A stretch of 64,000 bases of DNA from the human T2T-CHM13v2.0 reference genome, Homo sapiens: assembly GCF_009914755.1 (NCBI RefSeq), contig NC_060925.1. One strand, written 5' to 3'. A model generated the notes under the pieces. The model saw nothing but the letters and a program-made list of their open reading frames with translations, was not told the origin of the DNA and did not search any database. Numbering within the stretch: position 1 is the first letter of the stretch; the number at the start of each line of letters is the position of its first letter. The position numbers and the translations under genes are program-made. This document shows positions 19,715 to 37,764 of this stretch, in pieces.

Positions 19715-19866
19715 CAGGGGTCTGCAAACTGAAGTTTTATAGGAACACAGCAACGCCCATTTGTTTATGAATAATTTATGGCTGTTTTTCCCTCACAAGA
19801 GACAAGATGGCCCACAAACCTGAAAATAGTATCTAGCTCTTTACAGAAAAAGTCTGCTGACTCCTA
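19715..19866. mobile_element. MER58A-like hAT MITE
   Basis: caggggtctgcaaact...tttacagaaaaagtctgctgactcct; 8-bp TSD ctctagat. Confidence 0.8.
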
Positions 19867-19888
19867 CTCTAGATTAAAACAGACACAA

Positions 19889-20485
19889 GGCCAGGCACCG
19901 TGGCTCACACCTGTAGTCCCAACACTCTGGTAGCCCAAGTCAGGAGGATCACTTGAGCCCAGGAGTCTGAGACCAGCCTGGGCAACACAGCAAGACCCCA
20001 TTTCTATAAAAAATTTTAAAAATTAGCCGGGTGTGGTGGTGCACGTCTGCAGACCCAGCTACTCAGGAGGCTAAAACAGGAGGATCACTTCAGCCCAGGA
20101 GATGGAGGCTACAGTGAAGTATGAACACACCACTGCACTCCAGCTTTGGTGAAAAAGTGAGACCCAGTCTCTTAAAAAATAAACAAGGCCAGGTGTGGTG
20201 ACCTACCCCTGAAATCCCAGCACTTTGGGAGATCGAGGCAGGAGGACTGCTTGAGCCCAGGAGTTTGAGACCAGCCTGGGCAACATGGTGAGACCCTGTC
20301 TCTACAAAAAAATTTTTAAAATTAGCCTGGCATGGTGGCGCACGCCTGTGGTCCCAGCTACTTGGGAGAGGCTGAGGTAAGAGAATTGCTTGAGCCCAGG
20401 AAGTTAAGGCTGCACTGAGCCATGATCAGGCCACTATACTCCAGCCTGGGGGACGGTGTGAGACCCTGTCTGAAACAAACAAAAA
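19889..20485 (+). mobile_element. Two tandem AluJ elements
   Basis: Alu consensus. Confidence 0.88.
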
Positions 20486-20510
20486 TAGCAGTGGAAATTA
20501 GTTGCCATGC

Positions 20511-20682
20511 TTTTTTTTTTCCCAACTTTTAAGTTCAGGGGTACATATGCAGAATGTGCAGGTTGGTTACACAGGTAAATTGTGTGCCACAGCGGTTTGC
20601 TGCACAGATCATCCCATCACCCAGGTACTAAGCCCAGCATGCAGTAGCTATTCTTCCTCATGCTCTCCCTCCTCCCACCCCT
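20511..20682 (-). mobile_element. Short 5'-truncated L1PA
   Basis: ttttaagttcaggggtacat..gcagaatgtgcagg L1PA 3' end; TSD tgccatgcttt. Confidence 0.88.
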
Positions 20683-20789
20683 GCCATGCTTTATTAACCA
20701 ATGAAAGCTCAATACAAAAACTCAATCCCCTGGAGTATGTTTCAAGAAGAATCTGTGTGACAAGGAACTATCACCAACAAAACAAATAC

Positions 20790-21055
20790 CAATCCACAAT
20801 TCTTTGTTTGGGGCTAAATGTGTTTTGAAATTCAAAATTTTTCAAACTTTGGAAACTTAAGGACTGGGGCAGCACCCAATAGGCAAACACATTAATATTT
20901 CTACAGTTAAATATGTGAATAATCATAATAAAAAGTGAAATAAAGATTATAAATAGCCTGCTTCAATTCAGGTCAGGTTTTGCCAGGAAGCAAATTACTT
21001 TATTCATTTTAAATGCATTTTGGCTTTTAGAATTACATACAAAGAACTATGGATT
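20790..21055. mobile_element. MER46/Tigger4-like fragment
   Basis: tcaggtcaggttttgcc and ttttggcttttagaattac motifs. Confidence 0.45.
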
Positions 21056-21914
21056 CCTTAGGAATATTCTACACTTGTATTCAAACCATTTAATCAGCCT
21101 ACACTAGTACCTACTTATGGGGTGGAGTTGGGTAGACTTCAGAGATTTTCCAAGAGAATTGTATTTGTGATTCCAACATAGTTGCATATTCTATTGAAGA
21201 TTCAGAAAAAACACATTAATATGAACAAGTGGTTAGGAACAGGCATGGTACTGGAATACATCATTTTAATCAGGATTCAAAGCAACCAGAGAGAACACGG
21301 GTTGGGATAGTGTAAAAGCACTCACATTGGACCGGAGTTGCTGTACATATATCATAGGTAGCCAATTCAAGAGCTTAGAGATACATGTAACTGTTTAAGG
21401 CTGCAAATAGGTCTTTAAAGGAAGAGAATATTATTAAAATTTTAAATTATGCATCAACTTATACCTAAAATATGTAACAAATATATGTTGGTTTTACTTG
21501 ATGCTATAAATTATTAGGGATCAGAATTTGGAGACAAATTACTATAACCCTTAGTTGAGAAGCTGGTAAATTCTTGATATAACTCCTTAACCAGACTAAC
21601 TTAGTAACCCATGACAAAGTAGTATACTGGAAATAGTGGTGAACTGAAAGTCCAGGAGACCTCAATTCTCATCTCAATTCTGCTAGTACTTAATTATACA
21701 ACCTGACCCAGAAACATAGTAGACACCCAGCAAATAGGTTGCTAAATCAATGAGCTTTTTTGTGCCTCTAATTCATCATTTGTGTCACAGAACACTAGAT
21801 TAAAGAAATTTAAAGGTTTGGTTTAGCTATAAATTCTTAAATAAAAATGCAGGTTTATTCAAATGATTAGAGTTAGTCAGAATTAATAACGACTAATTTT
21901 AAAGAAACAGACAG

Positions 21915-21983
21915 GGCCAGGCGCAGTGGCTCACACCTGTAATCCCAGCACTTTGGGAGGCTGAGGCGGGCAGATTCCGTCTT

Positions 21984-22040
<57 letters not shown>
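21915..22040 (+). mobile_element. Internally deleted Alu with (CA)n tail
   Basis: First ~60 nt of Alu joined to terminal tccgtct, then (CA)n. Confidence 0.85.
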
Positions 22041-22043
<3 letters not shown>

Positions 22044-22323
22044 GGTCCTTCATTAAAGAGGAAAAAACAAAAACAATTTTCCAACAAACGTAAAACAGCA
22101 TTACATAGGTCCTGTAGTAAGAACAAATGAGAGGGAGTATAATCTGATCTATAACATGTGCCCCCCAGGACCTTATCAACTCAAACTTTAGTATTGTGTG
22201 ACCTTAAAGATTAGTCCAAATCATTCACTTTACAGATGAGAAAACTGACTCTGAAAAAATTACATAATATGCCCAAGGTCATACTCTCTGGCCGCGACAA
22301 TGACAGGACTAAAACCCAAAGTT

Positions 22324-22656
<333 letters not shown>

Positions 22657-22829
22657 TTACTTCCTTTCTTGTGATCAAAGGCTTCTAGAACTGCATAACA
22701 ACAATGGTGCTATCTGTCATATGGCAATCACTTCAGTCAACATATGCTCTGTCAGAACCTCTAGTTCCACTATATCATCTTTATACATGGCATGGGCAAT
22801 GAACTCTAGGCAATTAAATAAAAAAACCC

Positions 22830-24864
<2,035 letters not shown>

Positions 24865-25081
24865 TCATGCCCTCTCTGGTTGGAAAAAGTAAAATGCCAA
24901 CACAAGGTGAAAGCATCAAGGTCTCAATTCAGTATCTATTGAGCAAGGCATGTACTATAAAGTGGGAATACAGAGATAGTCTGATCTTATGATATTCAGT
25001 TTATTATAAATAAAGTACGCAAATAATTACAACACAATGTGTTAAGTGCAACAACAGATGTACAAAGGGCAGAAGGAGGTA

Positions 25082-25727
25082 TAGGTGACCCTTGAACAAC
25101 ATGGGTTTGAACTGCACAGGTCCATTTACAGATGGATTTTCTTCTACCTTCACTACCCCAAGACAGCAAGACCAAGCCTTCCTCTCCCTCCTCAGCCTAC
25201 TCAATGTGAAGATGACAAGGAAGACCTTTATGATGATCCTCTTCCACTTAATGGATAGTAAATATATTTTCTCCTGCTTATGATTTTTGTAACAATTTCT
25301 TTAGCTTAATTTATTATAAGAGTACAAGTATATAATACATACAACACAGAAAATATGTGGGTCTAATATAGTGGTTCACACCTGGAATTCCAACACTTTG
25401 AGAGGCTGAAGCAAGAGGATTGCTTGAGGCCAGGAGTTCGAGACCAGCCCTGGCAACATAGCAAGACCTCATCTCTACAGTGAAATTTTAAAAATTAGCT
25501 GGGCTTGGTGGCACGTACCTATAGACCCAACTACTTAGGAGGCTGAGGTGGGAGGATCACTTGAGCCTGGGAGGCTGAGACTGCTGTAAGCTGTGCTCAT
25601 GCCACTGTATACCAGTCTGGAGGGCAGAGCAAAATTCTGTCTCAAGAAAAAAAAAAAAAATGTGTTAACTGTTTATGTTATTGGTCAACAGGAGGCCATT
25701 AAGTTTTGGAGAAGTCAAAGGTTACAC
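25082..25727 (+). mobile_element. Tigger2a (MER28) DNA transposon, left part
   Basis: TA then terminal repeat taggtgacccttgaacaac; body matches Tigger2a up to gagaagtcaaaggttacac. Confidence 0.88.
25359..25660 (+). mobile_element. AluJ inside Tigger2a
   Basis: Alu dimer, A tail, TSD-like aaaatatgtg/aaaatgtgtt. Confidence 0.88.
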
Positions 25728-25944
25728 TCAGGCCTTGGAGAGAGTAAGGGCTGGGTGTATTTTCAAGTTGAGGGACCACCCTACTCCTACCCCCACATCA
25801 TGGTGTTTCCTCCAGGAGTCCAAGAGCCTTGCCATTCCTCTTGGTGCTTCCTTCAGGAGTTGAAGGGCCTGGCTATTCTTCTCACTCCTGTAGTAGCACC
25901 TATCCAGACTCTCTGCTGTTTTCTGACTTAGGGCAACTACAACC

Positions 25945-26845
25945 ATGGCTGACAAATGGTAGCTACTCACATGGGTGGAAGAAAGGGTACTACACATATT
26001 ACACATATGTAATACACATATTACACTTACACCAAGCTCCTGGCCATCTCTTGTGGCTTCAAGCAGAACCCCAAGCAGTTCATGATCACCTGGATCTTGC
26101 AGATGCACAACCAGTGGGCCACGCCCTGTCCTTGAACTCCTGGGAGCTGGTGGTGCTAATGGGCAACTTGACTCACAATGCCATCTTCAACTACCACTGC
26201 AATGCCTTGTGGGAAAGTGGCATGGCACTGCTTGCCTGGCTGCTCAGAGCCTGGTGCCAGCGCTAAAAGTCCTTCCTGCCCTTTGAGGCCACCGAGCTGC
26301 CTTTCTAGCCCTGGACCACCAAGGAGGAGGGCATCCAGCTGGTGTGCAAGACAGGCATGCTCGACTGGATCTACTGTGAGCCCCTCTCGGCCTCCTTGGA
26401 CCCCTTGTCCCCCTCACATGAGCCAGTGGCACCCAAGGACATGCCCTTCACTCAGGGCCTACAGCAGTGTCTGCTGCTGGCAACACCTGCTGCTGGCAGC
26501 ACCCTCAGAGCTACATCTCTCCCTGGTCACTCTGCTAGAGGCCATGATGGAGCTCAGACCATCTCCAACGTTGGCCTGCTCTGGCATCAGAGCCAGTCAC
26601 GCCACACCAGGCTCATGCTGGAGCCCAATCCAATGCTCAAGCACCTCACAGGCTGGCTCCTTAGCCACAGTGTGCCCAGGGAGAAGGTGGATAAAGAGCT
26701 CACCAAGGTCCTCCTGGAGCTGTACGGCAAAGAGGCCAAGTACAACCACAGCTACCTGGTCTGTGGGCTGGGAGACGAACAGTCCCTACCACCCCTCTAC
26801 TCTGACCAGGCCAGCAGGTTGGAGCCACCCATGCGTGACAACTAG
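25945..26845 (+). pseudogene. Disabled CDS, ERV-L/Fv1-like Gag (~290 codons reconstructed)
   Basis: Collinear motifs YTYTKLLAIS..FKQNP..MITWIL, LLAWLLRAWCQR*, PWTTKEEGIQLV..GMLDWI, PKDMPFTQGL..AAPSEL, GWLLSHSVPREKVDKELTKVLLELY match HERV-L Gag blocks; stops at 26264 and 26306, several frameshifts. Confidence 0.85.
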
Positions 26846-27384
26846 CCCTCAGCCTGGCTCTTGGAGAACGGGACACGGCCTGGCCCCACATTCCTGGAAG
26901 GTGGGGGAAAGGAGGAAGGCTAGATTTCAGGAAACCTGCTTTCTGCTTTGAGTTCAGGGGAGCCAGGCAAGGGAGCCTGGGACCTTGTAGGGGAGACAAA
27001 AAGCCTTGGGCAGTGCCCTCCCAGTGTATCCCTTGAGCCTCCTGTGGGCAAGCCACACCCTCATGCCATGTTCAAGGGACCCAAGAAGACAGGTGTGTCC
27101 TTGCCCTCAACCACTCACATGGGTATCACTGGTCAGAGCTGATGAGGGGAGCAAGCCACATCAGTGGCCAATTGCAATGAGTCTCTGGTGTCCCTGGAGG
27201 GAGTGAGAGCACCCAAGGACATAGTATTCAGTGTGTTACATTTTGGCCTGGGCAGCAAGGTGGGTGGGCACAGCGGTGCAGCCACCCCTCTGCCACATGG
27301 GCCACCAAAGCACTACAGGCCAAGCAGGGAGATCTCATGGTCCATAACATAAAATCATCTTGAAGTTTTTACTCTAATTTTTGT

Positions 27385-27990
27385 GTTTTTTTGGAAACAG
27401 GGTCCCAATGTCCCCCAGGCTAGAGAGCAGGGGCAAGATCATAGTTCACTGGAGCCTTGACCTCCTGGGCTCAAGCGATCCTCTCACCTCAGCCTCCCAG
27501 GCAGCTGGGACCACAGGCATACACCACAATGCCCAGCTAATTTTTTTTTTTTTTTTTTGAGACAGTTTTGCTTTTGTTGCCCAGGCTGGAGTGCAATGGC
27601 GCCATCTCCGGCTCACTGCAACCTCCGCCTCCCGGGTTCAAGCAATTCTCCTGCCTCAGCCTCCCATGTAGCTGGGATTACAGGCATGTGCCACCACACC
27701 TGGCTAATTTTGTATTTTTTTAGTAGAGACAGGGTTTCTCCATGTTGGTCAGAGTGGTCTTGAACTCCCAACCTCAGGTGACCCACCCGCCTCAGCCTCC
27801 CAAAGTGCTGGGATTACAGGCATGAGCCACCGCATCCGGCAAAAGCCCAGCTAATTTTTAAAAATACTTTGTAGAAACAGGATCTTGCTACATTGCCCAG
27901 GCTGGTCTCGTACTCCTGGACTCAAGTAATCCTCCTGCCTTAGACTCCCAAAGTGCTGGGATTACAGGCATAAACCACCACACCTAGCCT
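27385..27990 (-). mobile_element. AluJ with nested AluS (27541-27840) in the retrocopy 3'UTR
   Basis: Reverse Alu motifs; TSD-like tactctaatttt/tactctaaattt; internal repeat gcccagctaattttt. Confidence 0.88.
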
Positions 27991-28382
27991 ACTCTAAATT
28001 TTAAAAGGTCTTTTTAATGCATTATTTTTAGTTAATATTTTATTTTGTGGATACATGACACTTTAATTTTGGTGACAGTCATTTCTCTTTTTGTAATGGT
28101 TCTTCTCTTAAGGCAATGTTTTTCTTTTTGGCATTGCCTCCCACTTTGAAAGCACATTTTTGCTGTTTGATCACTGAGGAAGGAGCTGCCAGTCCCTTCT
28201 GATGAGTCTGGTTTCTCCAGGGGCATATGTGGCCTCGGGATAATCTGAGTTCTGAATCGGACTTTAGGGTATGATGGGGCCAGAATTACACATTACAGCT
28301 TGCGAGAACAGAGCCCTGGTGGTCTGGCTTCACACCTGAGGTGCTGGGCACACAGGCATCCAATAAATGGTGGGTGCATAAA

Positions 28383-28418
<36 letters not shown>

Positions 28419-28421
<3 letters not shown>

Positions 28422-28482
28422 GATTTTTGACAGCACCAGAGGGTTGGCACCCCTAACTCCCACATTGTTCAAGAGTCAACTG
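28419..28482 (+). mobile_element. Tigger2a right end
   Basis: acagatttttgac...ttgttcaagagtcaactg continues the consensus and supplies the inverted terminal repeat. Confidence 0.88.
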
Positions 28483-28553
28483 CAACTTACTATGGATCAG
28501 GGAAGGTCTCACAGAAGAGAAGATACCTAAAGGTAGATTTTAAAGAATGAATA

Positions 28554-28975
<422 letters not shown>

Positions 28976-29419
28976 CGATGGTAAAATTTAAGCTGACTCT
29001 TTTAAAATGAGTAGAATCTATGTATAAAAAAGAAAAATGACTAGATTTTCAGATATACTAAGGAAATAATAAATAGTGGGCAAAATACAACTGGAAATGC
29101 ACATACTTAGTTTGGCACAGCCAGAGTAACCCAGATTGCTGAAGCGGCACTGACTAGTTACTGGTGATGGTATGACTTTAGTAGAAACACTGTCTATAGT
29201 GTTTTAGTTGCTTCAGTTGTTTTTTGCACATATTCTTACCATAAACATCCCTCTAGGATTGTTATGCTGGATAAAACCTTTGCGCCAGGCTATCTGTTTA
29301 CCATCCTTATTTCATTTTTACAACAAATCTGAGATAAGTATTAATATCCCAATTTTAACTAGAAACTCAACTTCAGAAAGGTTCATAACAGTTCACAGTA
29401 ATACATCCCAGCATTCTGT

Positions 29420-29620
29420 TAGGTGTTACAAATTTATTATCTCATTTAACTCTTCAAACAACCCTAAGAACTAGGTATTGCTGGTACTTCTGTTTTACAG
29501 ATGAGAAAACTGAGGTTCAGGGAGGTTATGCAATTTGCTCAGGGTCACAGTGGTCTTAAGAGGCAGAACTGAGAATTAAAATTCAGGACTGCCTTATCCT
29601 AAAGCTCTCTTCCATTACAG
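29420..29620. mobile_element. MIR
   Basis: ttttacagatgagaaaactgaggttcagggagg core. Confidence 0.8.
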
Positions 29621-30584
29621 TATAATGCTTTATCTATCTTCAATCATAACTCAGTCTAATCCAATATGCTTTGATTGTTATACTCTCTGCATTTCCAGTA
29701 ACTAATATGGTAGTAGCCTCTTGCAAGGACAGGTACAATACACATTTGCTGAAGACAGTGCTTTTACGTATTAAATATAAGGGAAGGCTACAGCCAGAGA
29801 AATGCTAGCCAAGAGAAGCCCCAACACAAGGTGACTTCTCAAAGACTCTTCTTTTCAGGTTTTTCCAAAGGATATGGAAGAGTCTCCAATGCTATATCTT
29901 TTCATCGAAGAGATGGAAAGAGTACATCTGACCAAGATCTGGTTACAGCAATGCAGAGATCTTGCAGTACATACTGCAGCAAAATCAGGTGCTGACAGCT
30001 GAGAGATATCAAGTGGCATAAGGCTGTAAGAAGGGAAAAAAGCCCTAGAAATACTTAGATTCCAAAAATGTCTCTAAACGACTGCAAGAAACTGACACAC
30101 AACAAAAGAGTGGGATTCTATTAAATCCATTTAAGAGTTAAATTGGTGAAACAACTCACATAACACCAACAGATCATACTGGTAGCTCAGGTCTCCTCTC
30201 ATTTTACCTTTTTTCACATAAAAAGGTAAGCTGTCTTCCCAGTTCCTGGCAGATGTGATATCCTTCAAATATTGTTTCTCAGCTTCCCAGATGGCTAGGC
30301 TAGACTAGGACATAAGAAATATGCAGTAACATGCTCCCCACCTCCCATCTAACAGCAGGAAGAGAATAAAAAACCAAAAGAAGAAAGGAGTAGCCAGCAA
30401 TGATCTCTTCTCTCATTCCAAATACCACAGGTTAGTCCTGCTTATATAAGAGAGGTAACTATTAGAACACATCCCAAGCCTTTTTATTTTTCTCTTTCAG
30501 GTTGGGGTTAAGGAATGTTTTAAATTGTATTTCTTTTCATTTTGGTGGGGGTTTTGGGGGGATTTTTTGGTTGTTTTTTCTTTG

Positions 30585-31986
<1,402 letters not shown>

Positions 31987-32183
31987 ATGCACCATTATCT
32001 TTATGCATTCTGAGATTAACATGTAACAGATAAATTTATGCGGAACATAGGCTCTGGAGTCACACAAACCTAGTCACATGACGTCACTTAATAGCCGTAT
32101 GGACAAGTTACTTAACTGCGTCTCAGTGTCCTCATGTGTAAAATAGGGATAATACCTATCACACAGAATTTAAGAACTAAATG

Positions 32184-33310
<1,127 letters not shown>

Positions 33311-34489
33311 TTAAATGGATTATATACTCATCCCAGAATAGTTGTTGGCACATAGTAAGTGCTAAGCAAACACCATTAGCTACTACTGTTAATATTTTTA
33401 TTTCATTTTTCTTTGCCATTTTCCATGTAAACAAGTATCTAAAAAATGTTTGTCTCAAAGCTATCAAGTAATCTTGAAATGGGCATATGTTTTACATTTC
33501 ACATTTCAGTGTCTCCATACTTTGGTAATATTTTCCAGTAAATTTATAATCCATGTAACTAATATTGCTGCCTATGCAAGCATCTCTTCTACCATTTTGA
33601 ACTTAAGAAATACAAGAATACAATAGCTACATTGTGTTTCTTATGTGTAGTGATAATACTGCAAACCCTTATCTCTTAATATAAACTGCCACATTTCTAA
33701 TTACATGAGAGTCACTCTGTATGGCTTTTCATCAAATGCCCCAAATTAAAATAGGTAGTGTCTTCTTAAAATTACTTACTTTTTCATTTGACAAATCTCA
33801 GACCCAAAAGGTAAAGGGACTTGTGACTTGCTCAAGTTCATATAGGTAGATAATGATAAAGACCGACCCGGAACCTTCAGACTGAGTTCAAAGCTCTTTT
33901 TCATCTCTCTGGGCTGAATAATTCCATTTCTTGTCAGGGGAGGTGATAAACATCTGAAAATAGTGAATGACTCAAATCTCCCAAGGTTAAAAAAAAATTT
34001 CAAGAAGACAATCTTCAAAGGTCATTTAATGTAGCACAACAAAACAACGACCAAAGTGGCATAACTCAGTACTGTTTCCTTCTCAAAAAATCAGGTCATC
34101 TCGAAAATTTGCTTTACTAAATTTGTATTAGCCTAACACAAATCTCATGCTACTTCTTCCCAGCTATCTCTGCAACTTTCTGAAACTGGGCAACTTCAGC
34201 TCAAAATTCAATGACAAACTCCAGGGAACTGTCACAGTGCAATGTTATAGGAAATATTCCTGAAAATAAGTGGTGCTTGTGAATTCTATTCTACTGAGAT
34301 TCTCAGTGTAATTATTTTTCTGTGACAGAATCTGATTTGTTTCATGAAACCATGCTAAAATAAAAAAGAACACAAAAATGTTCTCATTTAGGACACTAAT
34401 TGATATAAAATTTCCCAAAAATTTTGGAGCAGTTCAAATCTAACAAGCATTTACCAAAGGATTTAATCCATATCATTCTTTCAAAAAGT

Positions 34490-34770
34490 CTGGCCTATAA
34501 TCCCAATGCTTTGGGAAGCCACGGTGAGAAGACCACTTGATCCCAGGAGTTCAAGCCTAGGAAACACAGACCAATCTCTACCAAAAATGTTTAAAATTAG
34601 CCAGGTGTGGTGGCACATGCGTATGGTCCTAGCTACTCAAGAGGCAGAGGTTGGAGGATCACTTGAGCCTGGGAGGTCGAGGCTGCAGTGAGCCATGATG
34701 GCAACACTGTATTCCAGCCCAGGTGACAGAGTGACACCTTGCCTAAAAAAAAAAAAAAAAAAAAAAAAAA
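34490..34770 (+). mobile_element. 5'-truncated AluJ
   Basis: Alu consensus, long A tail. Confidence 0.85.
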
Positions 34771-35357
34771 ATTAAATTAAAAAATAAAAATTAAGAAAGT
34801 CCACTCTGAAAACAACATAAGACTTTTTACTTGTTATAGATTTAACCAGAGTCAAGACCAGAAGTGACCAATCCATTTTACACACGAGCCACAGCAGGAC
34901 TGAGGAGAGAGGAAGAGAAAACAGGAAGACTAGCAAGTCAAATCAATTATTTACTTAAAAGTCCACAGAGTACAGAGCACTATAAGATGTACAGTGCCAA
35001 CATGCTCCACCCTTTCTCTGCTAGTCAGTACAGGCCACAAGATGAACACCAGAGTCCAACAACCAGCCAAATGCCAGGCAAAATGGCCTTATCAGGCTAG
35101 ATGGGGTCAAACACATATATTTTTAACTTATAGTCAAAGAGGCTCAAGGAAGATGATCAACAACTTAAATATTGCAGCGATATTAAGGAAAACAAGGCTA
35201 GGAAAATGTCTGAATATACAGACATTGGGTCTTTTGAATGTGCATTTACAGTAGTGTTGGGGACAGAAACAAGACAGGAAAAGTCTTAAAAAGTGAGTGA
35301 GTGTAAAAGCAAAAGCTGCATACAAAATGCCATTTTAAAAATGTTTAGAAGTAAAAG

Positions 35358-36018
<661 letters not shown>

Positions 36019-36711
36019 CTAGAACTACAATGATTGCTCCCCTCGTCCAAGGAGTTGCAGAGTATTCAACCAATGAAAACAGAAATAATAGCATTCATTA
36101 CAGAAAAAGCCGTGTTTTCACTTATGGGTTAGGAGATGGAAGAAATATTGGAAGAAAAAAAATTAAGAACTTAGGACTTTGCTCACATTTGTGCACAGGT
36201 TCTACCAGACCCAGCAGAAACAGGTAGTAAAGGGACATCAAGAATGAGGTAGAAAAGAATGGGACTGAGCTTTTAAAATACTGAGGCAATAAGGCAGACG
36301 GAACTTTGAGATAACTTTTTACCAACAGTGAAGATGAAGAAGAGTAATCTAAAGAACTTTATGGCTGCAGAGGATGAGGGGAATGAAGACAAACATATCA
36401 AAAAACTGCTGGATACCACAGACAACAAGTCTTCAGCACTAACTAGCCCTAATTTTCAAGTGGAATCATCTCCAAAACCCACTTTCCCAGAAGCTGGACC
36501 TGAAATATCCTTTAATTTCATTTGCCAAGACTAGCAAGTTGCTGAACTGTGTCAACAGTTTGTTTGTGTTTGTTTTTCGAATTGGACATTTGTTTTTAAT
36601 AACGATTTGTTGTGTTCTACAAAGGCATAGGAGGGACATTCCCCAAAAGATAAATGAATGCCACATGACTAGAACTGGGTCTTCTATTTTTATGATTTAG
36701 AACTGGGTTTT

Positions 36712-37011
<300 letters not shown>

Positions 37012-37389
37012 TAACTGGGTCTTCTAAGCCCCCTTTGCATGCTCAGACAGGATGGAAAAGGATAGATAACACCAGTTAATATTTAGTTAGCACTTCACTG
37101 ATTCAAATTACTATCTAATCAATTAGCTCAACTGACCCACTCTTTATTCCTGTTCTTATGGTGCGTAATCCAAGGATAGAGGAGCAGAAAGAACATGGAC
37201 TTTAAAGTCACTGACCTAGAATTCTAACTCTCCCGGTTCCCCCAGGGATATTTCTTAAACCTCTATGAGCTTCCATTTCCTCACCTGTAAAGTAGGAATA
37301 ACAGTACCTATTTCATGAGGCAGTTGTAAAGATTAAAGTGTAAGTCAAGTACCTACTACACAGTAGATGCTTAAGAAATGGTAGATAAT

Positions 37390-37764
<375 letters not shown>

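Larger units (their letters stand above)
25728..28418 (+). pseudogene. Processed pseudogene (retrocopy) of an ERV-L gag-derived host gene
   Basis: Splits Tigger2a; ACCATGG at 25942-25948; disabled Gag-like ORF to TAG 26845; AATAAA 28362-28367; degenerate A/(AT)n/(AC)n tail; no LTR or pol. Confidence 0.85.

Noticed and set aside
26178-26951. 257-aa ORF as an intact gene
   Set aside because: Mostly an off-frame read of the gag-like pseudogene; only LLLAAPSELHLSLVTLLEAMMEL is in the homologous frame
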